From a virus, in the IMG/VR virus record IMGVR_UViG_3300041955_000884, positions 32,001 to 96,000 of that record: a stretch of DNA of 64,000 bases; one strand, written 5' to 3'. This document shows, in pieces, positions 39,109 through 47,765 of the stretch. How positions within the stretch are numbered: the first letter of the stretch is position 1; each line of letters begins with the position of its first letter. The notes under the pieces are model-generated. The model was given only the letters and a program-made list of their open reading frames with translations, was not told the origin of the DNA and made no database searches. Position numbers and translations under genes: made by a program.

Positions 39109-39338
39109 GCGACACCGCCAGCACCGTCGCCATCGTGCCCGGGCGCCCGATACCCTGGGAGCTAAAGCAAGCCGCCTACGAGGAAGGACGCCGCGCCCGT
39201 ACCGAGAAAATCGGCCCCATTATCAAGGCCTTCCACACCCGCCAGCGCAAGAAGCTCGAAGCCGCCGGCGTGGATATGATGGACCCAGACGCGATTGCCG
39301 AGGCCATGCGGAACATGGTAGAGGACGAGCCGGATTGA
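39105..39338 (+). CDS. Hypothetical protein
   Basis: Coupled ORF. Confidence 0.55.
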   Translation: MSDTASTVAIVPGRPIPWELKQAAYEEGRRARTEKIGPIIKAFHTRQRKKLEAAGVDMMDPDAIAEAMRNMVEDEPD

Positions 39339-39772
39339 GCGACACGAAGCCAATGAATCCCAAGGACATCATCGGCAGCGACAAGCTCCCGCTACATCTC
39401 TGGCCGACCACGGCAACGGCGCTCGGCTGCCTCGCCTTCCTGGATGGCGCCCTCAAGTACGGCCGCAGCAACTTCCGCGTCGTCGGTGTCGGGGCGTCTA
39501 TCTACTATGACGCCGCAAAGCGCCATCTCGATGCCTGGTTCGAAGGCGAGGAGGAAGACCCGCAAAGCGGCCTGCCGCACCTCGCCCATGCGTTGGCCTG
39601 TATCGCCATCATGGTTGACGCCGCCGCCGCCGGGAAGCTCAACGATGACCGCATGGCGCCCGGTGGCTACCGTGCCCAGGTCGAGGCGCTGACGCCGCAT
39701 GTGGCGCGGCTGAAGGCGCTTCACGCCGGTCATGCGCCGCAACACTACACGATCAAACAGGGGCCGACATGA
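39335..39772 (+). CDS. dATP/dGTP diphosphohydrolase domain protein (DUF5664-like)
   Basis: NPKD.IG..K, GALKYGRSNFR, RHL.AWFEGE..DPQSGLPHLAHA. Confidence 0.85.
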   Translation: MSDTKPMNPKDIIGSDKLPLHLWPTTATALGCLAFLDGALKYGRSNFRVVGVGASIYYDAAKRHLDAWFEGEEEDPQSGLPHLAHALACIAIMVDAAAAGKLNDDRMAPGGYRAQVEALTPHVARLKALHAGHAPQHYTIKQGPT

Positions 39773-40233
39773 AGCCGAGCGTCTATCTCGCAGGACCGAT
39801 TGCCGGGCTGCATTACGATGCCGCGCAGGACTGGCGCAGCGCAGTGCGTGATGCCCTGGCGCCAGAAATTGACGCCTTTTCACCCCTGCGGTCGAAAGAG
39901 TATCTGCGGAAAGAGGGCGTCCTTCGCGACCAATACGCCTATGCGCCGCTTTCCAGCGACCGCGGCATCACGACGCGCGACCATTTCGACTGCCAGCGGT
40001 GCGACATCATCTTCTGCAATCTTCTCGGCGCCAATTCCGTGAGCATCGGGACGGTCATGGAAATCGCGTGGTCCTACTCCTATAGCAAGCCCCTCGTGCT
40101 TCTGATGGAGCCGAGCGGAAACATCCACGACCATCCGATGGTTCGCGAGGCCACAGGCTTCCGCGTCGAGAGCCTTGAACAAGGTGTCGAAATCGCGCGC
40201 GCCGTGCTTCTGCCGCGCCGTCCGGGGGCCTAA
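39769..40233 (+). CDS. Nucleoside 2-deoxyribosyltransferase/hydrolase
   Basis: VYLAGPI, SPLR, RD..D, SIGTVMEIAW. Confidence 0.85.
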   Translation: MKPSVYLAGPIAGLHYDAAQDWRSAVRDALAPEIDAFSPLRSKEYLRKEGVLRDQYAYAPLSSDRGITTRDHFDCQRCDIIFCNLLGANSVSIGTVMEIAWSYSYSKPLVLLMEPSGNIHDHPMVREATGFRVESLEQGVEIARAVLLPRRPGA

Positions 40234-40339
40234 CGGCTCGCTTCCTCTGGATGCCCGTAGACGGGAGGGCCGGTATCGAAGCCGTCTCCGTCCTCGACGC
40301 GCTTCCGATGCCGAGGCGGCGGCTTCCAGAACCAAGCCG

Positions 40340-40717
40340 TCAGAAGCCGCGGCCGAGCGACGCGCAGAGGACACGGTTTCCATACCAACAAGCCCACGAA
40401 ACGCCGGTGGGATTATCCTCCGATGTCCGCGAGAAAGCCGTCACCGGCGCCGGCTCCCAGGCGTCCGGCGCCGTCGGGCCGTAGATGTCTTTGCTGATCC
40501 ACGCCTCGTAACCCGAAGGCGACGTGTCGCTGGGGCGGACGATCGTTGGACGGCAATCGCTTTCGATCCCGCAGCAGGGGAAGCCGGTCGTGTCATGCCA
40601 GGAATGCACCCAGTCGGCGATGGGGCCTGTCGGGCTGACGCCAGGCGGCGGCGCTGCGAAGGCGGGATCTCCGCAGGCGCGGAGCAGGAACAGCAGCGGC
40701 AGCAGCCAGCGCGTCAT
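40340..40717 (-). CDS. Secreted Cys-rich protein
   Basis: Signal peptide; CCG..SDC, NPTG...C. Confidence 0.7.
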   Translation of the reverse strand: MTRWLLPLLFLLRACGDPAFAAPPPGVSPTGPIADWVHSWHDTTGFPCCGIESDCRPTIVRPSDTSPSGYEAWISKDIYGPTAPDAWEPAPVTAFSRTSEDNPTGVSWACWYGNRVLCASLGRGF

Positions 40718-40871
40718 GGTTTTCCCCCGGTGGGTGCCGGCCAGCTACAGCGCCAGTCACGGCGGTTGCGGAACAGCTTCCAGACTTCAAGCACAAGGCG
40801 CGTCAGGGAGCAACAGAGAATCGGCAGGCAGACGAACAACGCAACGCCGTCGGCCACGCGCTCGCCGACGG

Positions 40872-41147
40872 TCACTCGTCCTCGTCCGCTCGCTTGAGAA
40901 ACACGTCGGACAGCTTCAGCGCGCAACCGCGCTGGAAGTTCACGCTGTCGTCCGGCACTGAGGAGTACTCGAGCTCCTTGTGCGGCGTCTCATAGACGAA
41001 CATGATCTGGGTGGCGCCATCCTTGAGCACCTTCTCGAGGTGGACGCGGGCCTGGACCTCGAACGGGGTCGGCTTCGGGGCACGCTTCGCCCGCGGCTTC
41101 TTCAGCGGCACCACGTTGTCCACGGCGAGCTTCGGACGGTCGTTCAC
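40872..41147 (-). CDS. Hypothetical protein
   Basis: Coupled GTG start; GC3-rich. Confidence 0.6.
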   Translation of the reverse strand: MNDRPKLAVDNVVPLKKPRAKRAPKPTPFEVQARVHLEKVLKDGATQIMFVYETPHKELEYSSVPDDSVNFQRGCALKLSDVFLKRADEDE

Positions 41148-41356
41148 GGCTGTTCGCCCCTGTCCTGCATGGCATAGGCCGACGGGCAAGCATCGCACCG
41201 CAGGCCGCCAGGCAGCGTCCCATAGCTACCATTGCAGCAGTTGTTCCCGCACTTGCCGCAGATGACGACGCGGCCCTGGCAGACGCCGCACCAGTCCCAA
41301 TAGTGCGACTGCTCCGGCCGCGTGTCCTGCGGCACGCCATTGCGGAGCCAGGTCAC
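41144..41356 (-). CDS. Small Cys-rich protein
   Basis: C..C...VICGKCGNNCCNG...C..C. Confidence 0.6.
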   Translation of the reverse strand: MTWLRNGVPQDTRPEQSHYWDWCGVCQGRVVICGKCGNNCCNGSYGTLPGGLRCDACPSAYAMQDRGEQP

Positions 41357-42006
41357 GTCACCCACTCCGCTGGCGCGATAATCTGCACCCGATGCCGCCC
41401 TACCTCGCCGTGTTCCTTGTGCCAAGTGATGGCCAGTTCCTCGTCAAGTGTCGCGTTCTTGCGGCGGTTTTCGATAGCGGGGATGATGCGCAAGTTCCAG
41501 GGAACGTGCAATCCGCAGACCGAACGACCGCGAAGCGGCACGATATGATCGACATCGTGCGGAACACCGCTTTCGGCGGTGACGCGGACGGCGTCCGCGT
41601 AAACCGCAGCGACGCTTCGACGGTCCGCCCATGGCGGCGTGGCGCGCGTCTTCTCGGCATACCGGCGAGCGCAGGCAGCGCGCGAATGTGCTGGATGGGC
41701 CTTTGCCCATGCCCGGTTCTGCGCCCGGTGCCTCTCCGGATCCAGTGCGCGCCGACGCCGAACAGCAGCACGATGCCGCTCAGGGTTCCGCGCCTGCCAT
41801 TCTTTCGTCCGCTTGCGATTTGGCCCTGGGTCCGCCGTGCGGCGCGCCAGTTCCTTCAGGTCTGCGCATGCCATGCACGTCCAGTTTGAGACCTGTCGCT
41901 CGGCAATATGACCGTGCTTGCATGGCCTTCCTGTGAAGTACCTCAGCAAGCCAGCAGCCAGGGCATCTTTTCGCGTGACGATCGGGCCGGAGTATTCGTG
42001 CGTCAC
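41353..42006 (-). CDS. HNH homing endonuclease
   Basis: YFTGRPCKHGH; TPPWAD; VDHIVPL.G..VCGLHVPWNL.II...N. Confidence 0.9.
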   Translation of the reverse strand: MTHEYSGPIVTRKDALAAGLLRYFTGRPCKHGHIAERQVSNWTCMACADLKELARRTADPGPNRKRTKEWQARNPERHRAAVRRRRALDPERHRAQNRAWAKAHPAHSRAACARRYAEKTRATPPWADRRSVAAVYADAVRVTAESGVPHDVDHIVPLRGRSVCGLHVPWNLRIIPAIENRRKNATLDEELAITWHKEHGEVGRHRVQIIAPAEWVT

Positions 42007-43256
42007 GACGCCCTCGGCGTTGTAATGTTCACCCGATGGCGCCCGATCTCGCCGTGTTCCCGGTGAAAGGTGATGGCCGACATTGCCCGGCCTGGTCGAA
42101 AGCGTGCGGCGTTCCAAGCATCTCGCGCGGCCGGCGTCGAAAAGCTCTCGACCCTGACGCCGCCGATCTCATTCGCCGTTTCGTGATGAACATGGCCGTA
42201 CAGAAAGTGCCTATGCTCGGTCATGCCCCAGTCCTCTGGGCGATCTGCCGCGAGCATAATGGCCATCTGCGCCGGACGAATCGTGTGCCCGTGAGTGGCG
42301 CCAAGGAGAACACGACCGAATCGATGGTACCACGCGATTCCAGGCTCCTGATGCACGGTAATCCGTTCATTCGAGCTGTAGAATAGGGCCAAGGCCACGG
42401 TGAGGCTCATGGCGGAGTCAGGATCATGGTTTCCGGGAAGAAATGCAACCTCTACTTCCGCATGCTTCCTGGCTACCATGTCAACAAGAGCAACTGCCAG
42501 CTTTGCGCCAGCGGCGAAGACCCTAGCCCACCTGCCGTCGACGTCAAGGGCATTCCCAGATTGCGGCGTGATGGCCTTCGCATCATTCGCGTGCCAGTAG
42601 TCGCCTAGGCCCAGGATTATTGCCTTCCGACTCGGCCTGGACTGCGCGACAAGGGCGCCTACGCTGTCGACCGCCAAGGCCGCCGCGATCTTCGTGTCGT
42701 AGTCAGCCCCAGTCTCGCGGCCCCACGCAAGCATCCCGAAATGCAGGTCCGGCAGCGGATAGACCGTCAGCAAATCGTCATCCGATTCGTCCGGCGCTGG
42801 GGCGACCGGGGCTTTTCCGTCGAACTCAGCAAAGGCTGCTTTCAGTCCCGCGATGAGCCCGTCGCCGGCGCCTTCGCGGGTCTTGACCCATTTCGCCAAC
42901 ACGCGGCCATCGGCATCGAGCAGCGCGCTTTCGCCCTTCACTACGTGGCCAGCCGGAGCCTCGTATTCGTCGCCAGCCGCGCGCCGCGATTGGATGAACT
43001 GCCGCGTCAGCTTCCCGAGGTCGTCGTATTGCCCACTGTTGCGGACAATCTCGAACCCTTCAGGGGGCACCGCAATCTCGGGAATGGGCGGGCCGCCGAC
43101 CTCGCCACGATAGGCGTTCAGCCTAGCCCGCCGGCATCGCCTCAGAACGCACGAGCGAGTGACCCCCAGCGCCTCGCCAGCCTTCGCATAGGACCCGTAT
43201 TCGCGATATGCCGCCACGGCGGCGGCGTTGTCTGCGTCTGACGAACGTGCCGTCAC
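42003..43256 (-). CDS. HTH + calcineurin-like metallophosphoesterase
   Basis: DLHFG, LGD..H, GNHD, HGH, GHVHH. Confidence 0.88.
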   Translation of the reverse strand: MTARSSDADNAAAVAAYREYGSYAKAGEALGVTRSCVLRRCRRARLNAYRGEVGGPPIPEIAVPPEGFEIVRNSGQYDDLGKLTRQFIQSRRAAGDEYEAPAGHVVKGESALLDADGRVLAKWVKTREGAGDGLIAGLKAAFAEFDGKAPVAPAPDESDDDLLTVYPLPDLHFGMLAWGRETGADYDTKIAAALAVDSVGALVAQSRPSRKAIILGLGDYWHANDAKAITPQSGNALDVDGRWARVFAAGAKLAVALVDMVARKHAEVEVAFLPGNHDPDSAMSLTVALALFYSSNERITVHQEPGIAWYHRFGRVLLGATHGHTIRPAQMAIMLAADRPEDWGMTEHRHFLYGHVHHETANEIGGVRVESFSTPAARDAWNAARFRPGRAMSAITFHREHGEIGRHRVNITTPRAS

Positions 43257-43324
43257 CGGCGCCCCCAGGCAGTTGCGGGCGAGAGTTATTCACAGGGACG
43301 CGATTCGTTGCAAGTGCCCATTGT

Positions 43325-43560
43325 GTGACGGCGGAGGGGAGTGCCGGGCTTCCACCGGCCGCCAGCCTTCCGGGCTGTCTGCGACTGCGTGGGACGACCA
43401 CGCTCACAAGGCCATCGCGGCCTGCTTGCCTGCCCACGGGACAAGACCGCCCAGGTTCCGCTCCGGTCTACCCACCGGCCGCTTCATCGGGACGCTCTTC
43501 TGGTCCCCCCACGGTCGGCCTCTCGGCCATCGACGCGTCCCCCGGCTCGGGGAATCGGCA
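43325..43560 (-). ncRNA. Candidate structured ncRNA
   Basis: Promoter TTGCGC-N17-CATTCT (43594-43566); long-range helix 43501-43517 with 43382-43400; no credible ORF. Confidence 0.4.
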
Positions 43561-43607
43561 GCGGAAGAATGCCTATAAACGTCGGCTAGCGCAAGCCCGC
43601 AGCGGCT

Positions 43608-44573
43608 TCACGGTGCTCCCGTAACACTAACCGCCTTCGTGCCGAGGAGGCGCCAAGCGCCCTGCCAGAAGGCGCAGAGCTCGAGCAGGTAGTCTCCCGC
43701 TGGCAGCGCGAACACAGCCTCGCCAGCCGTGCCGTACGCCGCGGCGTAGCTGATGCCGCTCACCGGCCTTCCGTTCCAGTAGCCCTTCCCGGCGGCGTCG
43801 AGCACGTTGACGCATGACCAGTCCCCGCCGGTGTCCGTCCAGACGAGCATCAACAGGCCGAGGATAGCGGAGCCGACGGTTATGGTTCCGGTCGGGTAGC
43901 CGAGCGCGGCCCCCACGATGGGATCCAGCGTGGCGAACATCGCCTGAGCCATCAGGTCGTAGCCGGATTGATTCGGATGGATGCCACTCCAGACGTTGAA
44001 CATCTCAGAGTAGGACAGATCGGCGTGCCATGCGGCGCCCATCGCCTCCGTCTCGGCGTTGAAGTCAACGAGCGAAAGGCCAGCCGCCTGAGCGGCGCCG
44101 CGAACCATGGCCGCTTTGTCGTCGATGACGGCCGAGGCCCACGACGCATCGACCGCGTTCGGCGTCTCCAGCACGAGGCGCTTGCCAGCGGCCTGCGTGA
44201 GACGGACGATCTCGGCCAGCGGCGCCTGTACAGCCGCCGGCTCGTCGTTCATGCCGAGCGACAGCAGGACGACCGAGGCTGGAGTCGCGGCGACATATGC
44301 CAGCCAGGAGTTCGCCACGCCGCCGGTGCCATCGAGCCAGTTCTGGAAAGTCGTTCCCGATACCCCGTTGTTGTTGACGACCACCAGCGGCCCGTATTTC
44401 GCCTGGAGAAGCGCCCCAAGACCAGCCGGTGCTGGCGTCGCCACGACCGAGGAAACCGTGCCGTCGGCGCCGGGGGCCGGACCCGTGCTGGCGCCGTCGA
44501 ACGTCAGCCCGAAAACCGTGCTGTCGCCATTGACGTCAACGACGAGGGGACTCGATGCGCTAGATTCGGTCAC
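43608..44573 (-). CDS. SGNH/GDSL hydrolase
   Basis: GDST, NGVSG, GMND, GIHPN..GY. Confidence 0.85.
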   Translation of the reverse strand: MTESSASSPLVVDVNGDSTVFGLTFDGASTGPAPGADGTVSSVVATPAPAGLGALLQAKYGPLVVVNNNGVSGTTFQNWLDGTGGVANSWLAYVAATPASVVLLSLGMNDEPAAVQAPLAEIVRLTQAAGKRLVLETPNAVDASWASAVIDDKAAMVRGAAQAAGLSLVDFNAETEAMGAAWHADLSYSEMFNVWSGIHPNQSGYDLMAQAMFATLDPIVGAALGYPTGTITVGSAILGLLMLVWTDTGGDWSCVNVLDAAGKGYWNGRPVSGISYAAAYGTAGEAVFALPAGDYLLELCAFWQGAWRLLGTKAVSVTGAP

Positions 44574-45175
44574 GGAGCCAACTCCACGTTGTGATACAGC
44601 CACGAAGCAAAATCCGCGCGTGTCTCGCTGTCAAGGAACTCCAGCCCGGCCCTGAGCAGCTCCGCCGTCGTCGGCTGCCGCGGCGGCTTCAGCGGCCGCA
44701 GGGGGGTGCCCTTCTTGCCGGAGTAGTTCGCTGGCCGGTCACGCTTCTCGACGTTGCACCTCACGCAGCAGCTCAGGATGTTGTCCCACACCGTCTGGCC
44801 GCCAGCCGCCCGCGGGATAACGTGGTCAAACGTCAGATCCTCGCTCTGGAACCGCTCGCCGCAGTACTGGCAGCGGTAGCGGTCCCGGAGGAGGATGGAG
44901 CGGCGACAGAACTTCGGCGCCGCATTGATTGGCGCGTACGACCGGAGCGCCACCACCTTCGGCACATGAATCGTGGTCGACGGCGAGCGGAACACCTCCG
45001 GCCACTCGTCCACGACGGTCACCGTCTCCTTGAAGACGGCGCGGATGGCTTCCTCGGGGCCGATAAGCGAGAGCGGCCAGGTACTTAACGGCCGAAAGTC
45101 GCTGTTCAGCACGAGACAGCGGCGCGCGTGGCGGTCGCGTCTATCAGGCTCAGCAGTGGCGACGGCGGTGCTCAT
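44570..45175 (-). CDS. HNH endonuclease at the 3' end of the tRNA array
   Basis: LVLNSDFRPL, LRDRYRCQYCG, DHVIPR..GG...WDN....C..CN..K. Confidence 0.92.
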   Translation of the reverse strand: MSTAVATAEPDRRDRHARRCLVLNSDFRPLSTWPLSLIGPEEAIRAVFKETVTVVDEWPEVFRSPSTTIHVPKVVALRSYAPINAAPKFCRRSILLRDRYRCQYCGERFQSEDLTFDHVIPRAAGGQTVWDNILSCCVRCNVEKRDRPANYSGKKGTPLRPLKPPRQPTTAELLRAGLEFLDSETRADFASWLYHNVELAP

Positions 45176-45215
45176 GCGCGGCCTCAGCGGCGAATACGTC
45201 CACTATCGCACGGAA

Positions 45216-45290
45216 TGGTGCTCTCGGGCAAGAATCGAACTGCCGTTTACCGCTTACGAGGCGGTAGTCCTGCCACTGAACGACGAGAGC
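45216..45290 (-). tRNA. tRNA-Thr(CGT)
   Basis: ACCGC-CT CGT AA-GCGGT; CCA encoded. Confidence 0.85.
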
Positions 45291-45328
45291 GTATTGAGCC
45301 GGTTAACTGGCTGCGTTATACTGCGCCT

Positions 45329-45772
45329 ATGCCCCACCGCACCAAAGAAGAAAATGTCGCTGGCGTCCTAGCATGGCGGCGCCGCGCGAAGCTGCGACTT
45401 ATCGAGGCGTTCGGTGGCGGCTGCGGCATATGCGGATATAACCGCTGCGCCGCTAACATGGCGTTCCATCATCTTGATCCGTCTCAGAAGGGCGTCGGAT
45501 TTGGAAGCGCTCAGTCTCGCTCCTGGGCGAAAGTGATACACGAGGTCAGAAAGTGCGTGATGCTGTGCCACAACTGCCACGGCGAATATCATGCCGGCCT
45601 TATCACTGACCTTTCCGCTTGCCCGCGCTTCGATGAAACGTGCGCCACCTACAGCACCCGACCAACGAAAGGGAAGACGCGGAGAACTGGAGGATTGGGA
45701 GGGAATCGAACCCGTCCTATGACGCAGATTAAGAGCCTGCCGGCCTCACCAGAGTGCCAACCAATCCGCTAG
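45329..45772 (+). CDS. HNH endonuclease, antisense within the tRNA array
   Basis: C.ICGY..C...FHHLDP..K...KC.MLC.NCH.E.H; promoter TTGAGC-N17-TATACT-N6-ATG. Confidence 0.85.
   Translation: MPHRTKEENVAGVLAWRRRAKLRLIEAFGGGCGICGYNRCAANMAFHHLDPSQKGVGFGSAQSRSWAKVIHEVRKCVMLCHNCHGEYHAGLITDLSACPRFDETCATYSTRPTKGKTRRTGGLGGNRTRPMTQIKSLPASPECQPIR
45688..45767 (-). tRNA. tRNA-Lys(CTT)
   Basis: GCAGG-CT CTT AA-TCTGC; CCA. Confidence 0.8.
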
Positions 45773-45849
45773 TGGTGCATGTCCCGAGATTCGAACTCGG
45801 CCTGTGCGGGATTTGAAGCCGCCGCCTCCTGCCTCTGGGCTAGACATGC
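45773..45849 (-). tRNA. tRNA-Leu(CAA), short variable arm (TCA register possible)
   Basis: GCGG-CTTCAAATC-CCGC; CCA. Confidence 0.6.
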
Positions 45850-45853
45850 GAAC

Positions 45854-45925
45854 TGGCCTCGCCGCCCGGATTCGAACCGGGAAGCCCAACCTTCGGAGGG
45901 TCGGGTGCAGTCCATTGCCGGCGAG
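45854..45925 (-). tRNA. tRNA-Arg(CCG)
   Basis: CGACC-CT CCG AA-GGTTG; CCA. Confidence 0.8.
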
Positions 45926-45929
45926 AAAC

Positions 45930-46000
45930 TGGTGCCCCGTGCAGGGATTCAACCTGCCGTCTTTGGCTTAGAACGCCTAGGCCGTCGCAGCGGACGGGGC
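45930..46000 (-). tRNA. tRNA-Arg(TCT), atypical
   Basis: GGC-GT TCT AA-GCC; acceptor GCCCCGT; CCA. Confidence 0.6.
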
Positions 46001-46005
46001 GAGCA

Positions 46006-46078
46006 TGGACCTCCCGGGACGAATCGGACGCCCTCATCGAGTTTCGTAGACTCAAGTCCGCAATCCAGCGGCGGGAGG
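46006..46078 (-). tRNA. tRNA-Arg(ACG)
   Basis: TGAGT-CT ACG AA-ACTCG; CCA. Confidence 0.8.
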
Positions 46079-46082
46079 AATT

Positions 46083-46157
46083 TGGGGGCGCGTGCGGGGG
46101 TCGAACCCGCCTCTCTCGGGTGAAGGCCGAGGCATCTCGCCGGAAATGTAACGCGCC
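46083..46157 (-). tRNA. tRNA-Glu(TTC)
   Basis: CTCGG-CC TTC AC-CCGAG; CCA. Confidence 0.8.
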
Positions 46158-46162
46158 GAAGT

Positions 46163-46237
46163 TGGTGGAGCTGACCGAAGTCGAATCGGTGTTACGAGAC
46201 TGCCAGCCTCGCGTCCTTGCCACTGAACGACAGCCCC
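46163..46237 (-). tRNA. tRNA-Ala(GGC)
   Basis: G3:U70; CGAGG-CT GGC AG-TCTCG; CCA. Confidence 0.85.
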
Positions 46238-46312
46238 GAAGCTGTGGTCGGCGTTTGATGCCTATATCCGCCGACACGCCCCATACATGGCAAGGGCGGC
46301 GCCTCGTCAAAC

Positions 46313-46387
46313 TGGTGAAGGGCGTTGGAATCGAACCAACCGTCTCCGCCATGTCAAGGCGGTGCTCATCCGATAAGCTGGCCCTCC
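46313..46387 (-). tRNA. tRNA-Val(GAC)
   Basis: CCGCC-TT GAC AT-GGCGG; CCA. Confidence 0.85.
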
Positions 46388-46388
46388 G

Positions 46389-46459
46389 TACCTCGCCGTC
46401 GAATCGAACGACGGTATCCGCGGTGTGAACGCGGCGCCCTGCCATTGAGCGAGCGAGGC
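46389..46459 (-). tRNA. tRNA-Val(CAC), CCA not encoded
   Basis: CCGCG-TT CAC AC-CGCGG; abuts the next tRNA. Confidence 0.8.
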
Positions 46460-46463
46460 AAAG

Positions 46464-46538
46464 TGGTCGGGGATGCAGGAATTGAACCTGCGTCGCCGCC
46501 TTCCAAGGGCGGAACCTGGGCCACTAGGCTAATCCCCG
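46464..46538 (-). tRNA. tRNA-Pro(TGG)
   Basis: CCGCC-CT TGG AA-GGCGG; CCA. Confidence 0.85.
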
Positions 46539-46542
46539 TAGA

Positions 46543-46613
46543 TGGCGCCCCCGGCTGAAATCGAATCAGCATTCCTTGGCTTAGGAAGCCAGGGCCGCTC
46601 CATCGGCGGGGGC
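46543..46613 (-). tRNA. tRNA-Arg(CCT)
   Basis: TGGC-TT CCT AA-GCCA; CCA. Confidence 0.8.
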
Positions 46614-46617
46614 AATC

Positions 46618-46695
46618 TGGTCAGCGTGCGGTGATTCGAACACCGGCTCTCGTGCGCCCGAGGCACGCGCTTTGGCCTGGCTAAGCTACACGCTG
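46618..46695 (-). tRNA. tRNA-Pro(CGG)
   Basis: CGTGC-CT CGG GC-GCACG; CCA. Confidence 0.85.
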
Positions 46696-46702
46696 TCGAA
46701 GC

Positions 46703-46778
46703 TGGCGCCCCAGACGGGTTCCGACCCCGCCAACATCGGCTTGACAAGCCGAGACCCCCGCCAGGGAGAATCTGGGGC
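46703..46778 (-). tRNA. tRNA-Asp(GTC)
   Basis: TCGGC-TT GTC AA-GCCGA; G73; CCA. Confidence 0.75.
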
Positions 46779-46782
46779 AATC

Positions 46783-46864
46783 TGGAGGACGGCGGAGGTG
46801 ACGATCCCCTTGCGGCCGGATTAAAGGTCCGGTCCAGCGCCTCGCTGGTATACGCTCGCCGTCC
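46783..46864 (-). tRNA. tRNA-Lys(TTT), atypical D arm
   Basis: CCGGA-CC TTT AA-TCCGG; CCA. Confidence 0.65.
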
Positions 46865-46869
46865 GAAAG

Positions 46870-46944
46870 TGGTTGCCGCACGCGGTACTGCCCCGCGAGC
46901 CTCTCGCTTATCGGGCGAGCGCACGACTTTCATGCTCTACGGCA
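46870..46944 (-). tRNA. tRNA-Ile(GAT)
   Basis: CTCGC-CC GAT AA-GCGAG; non-canonical T loop; CCA. Confidence 0.75.
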
Positions 46945-46945
46945 A

Positions 46946-47030
46946 TGGTGAGTTGGTGTGGTGCTGCCCCACGCGCCCGAAGGCGAAGGATTTACAGTCC
47001 TCCTGCCGGAGCTGCCGGCTTTACCAACCC
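46946..47030 (-). tRNA. tRNA-Tyr(GTA)
   Basis: GAGGA-CT GTA AA-TCCTT; variable arm; CCA. Confidence 0.8.
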
Positions 47031-47036
47031 GTGAAC

Positions 47037-47107
47037 TGGAGCCGCGTCTCGGTGTTGCGCCGAGCCTCCGTCCATACCAAGGACGGGTGCAGACTGCTGC
47101 GCGCGGC
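47037..47107 (-). tRNA. tRNA-Thr(GGT)
   Basis: CGTCC-TT GGT AT-GGACG; CCA. Confidence 0.75.
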
Positions 47108-47110
47108 AGA

Positions 47111-47198
47111 TGGTGGAAGGCCCCGAGCACGATTCGGACACCTTTCGGTGCGCACGGTTTAGCAGACCGGCCCCGCAACCTTACGGGCTGTGCCTTCC
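47111..47198 (-). tRNA. tRNA-Ser(GCT)
   Basis: CGGT-CT GCT AA-ACCG; long variable arm; CCA. Confidence 0.8.
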
Positions 47199-47204
47199 AG
47201 AAAG

Positions 47205-47294
47205 TGGCGGACGGCGGCTAGTGCTGCCCTGCAAACCCGTTGGGGTCTCATCGGTTTTCGAGGCCGAGCCGCAGACTGCTGCGGGTCACCGTCC
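47205..47294 (-). tRNA. tRNA-Ser(CGA)
   Basis: TCGG..CT CGA AA..CCGA; long variable arm; CCA. Confidence 0.75.
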
Positions 47295-47406
47295 ATGTGC
47301 GCTCCAGCGCACTGTATCGCGGCTAATGTGCTCTTGAGAGCCGATTTTGCGGGCGCCGCATTCGCTGCGGTCGTTCAAGACTGGAGGCGGAGGCCAGCCC
47401 CCATAG

Positions 47407-47494
47407 TGGCGGAGAGCGGGCGCGCACGATGCCCATGCCTTGCGGCACCAGCCGGGTTCAAACCGGCGGTCGGAACCTTCCGACTTCACTCTCC
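47407..47494 (-). tRNA. tRNA-Ser(TGA)
   Basis: GCCGG-TT TGA AC-CCGGC; variable arm; CCA. Confidence 0.8.
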
Positions 47495-47498
47495 GTAA

Positions 47499-47586
47499 TG
47501 GCGGGCGGCGGGCGCAGTCGAAGCCCTGGCCTTTCGGCCTCATCGCGCTTCCAACGCGAGCCGGCGACCCCGCCGGTTCACCGCCC
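47499..47586 (-). tRNA. tRNA-Ser(GGA)
   Basis: TCGCG-TT GGA AG-CGCGA; variable arm; CCA. Confidence 0.8.
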
Positions 47587-47590
47587 AAAC

Positions 47591-47675
47591 TGGTAGCCCA
47601 CGAAGGAGTTGCACCCTCACGCCGCGATGGCACGAGTTCCTAAGACTCGCGTGTCTGCTGTTCCACCAGTGGGCC
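47591..47675 (-). tRNA. tRNA-Leu(TAG)
   Basis: CGAGT-CT TAG GA-ACTCG; CCA. Confidence 0.85.
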
Positions 47676-47680
47676 TAACT

Positions 47681-47764
47681 TGGTACGCCCGGGGAGAGTT
47701 GCACTCCCACGTCATGCGACACAACGCCCTCAACGTTGCGCGTCTGCTGTTCCGCCACGGGCGC
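47681..47764 (-). tRNA. tRNA-Leu(GAG)
   Basis: CAACG-TT GAG GG-CGTTG; CCA. Confidence 0.85.
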
Positions 47765-47765
47765 T

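Noticed and set aside
45773-45849. Opal suppressor/Sec tRNA (TCA)
   Set aside because: Symmetric stem register centres CAA, A73 fits Leu, there is no long Sec arm, and TGA is used as a normal stop throughout
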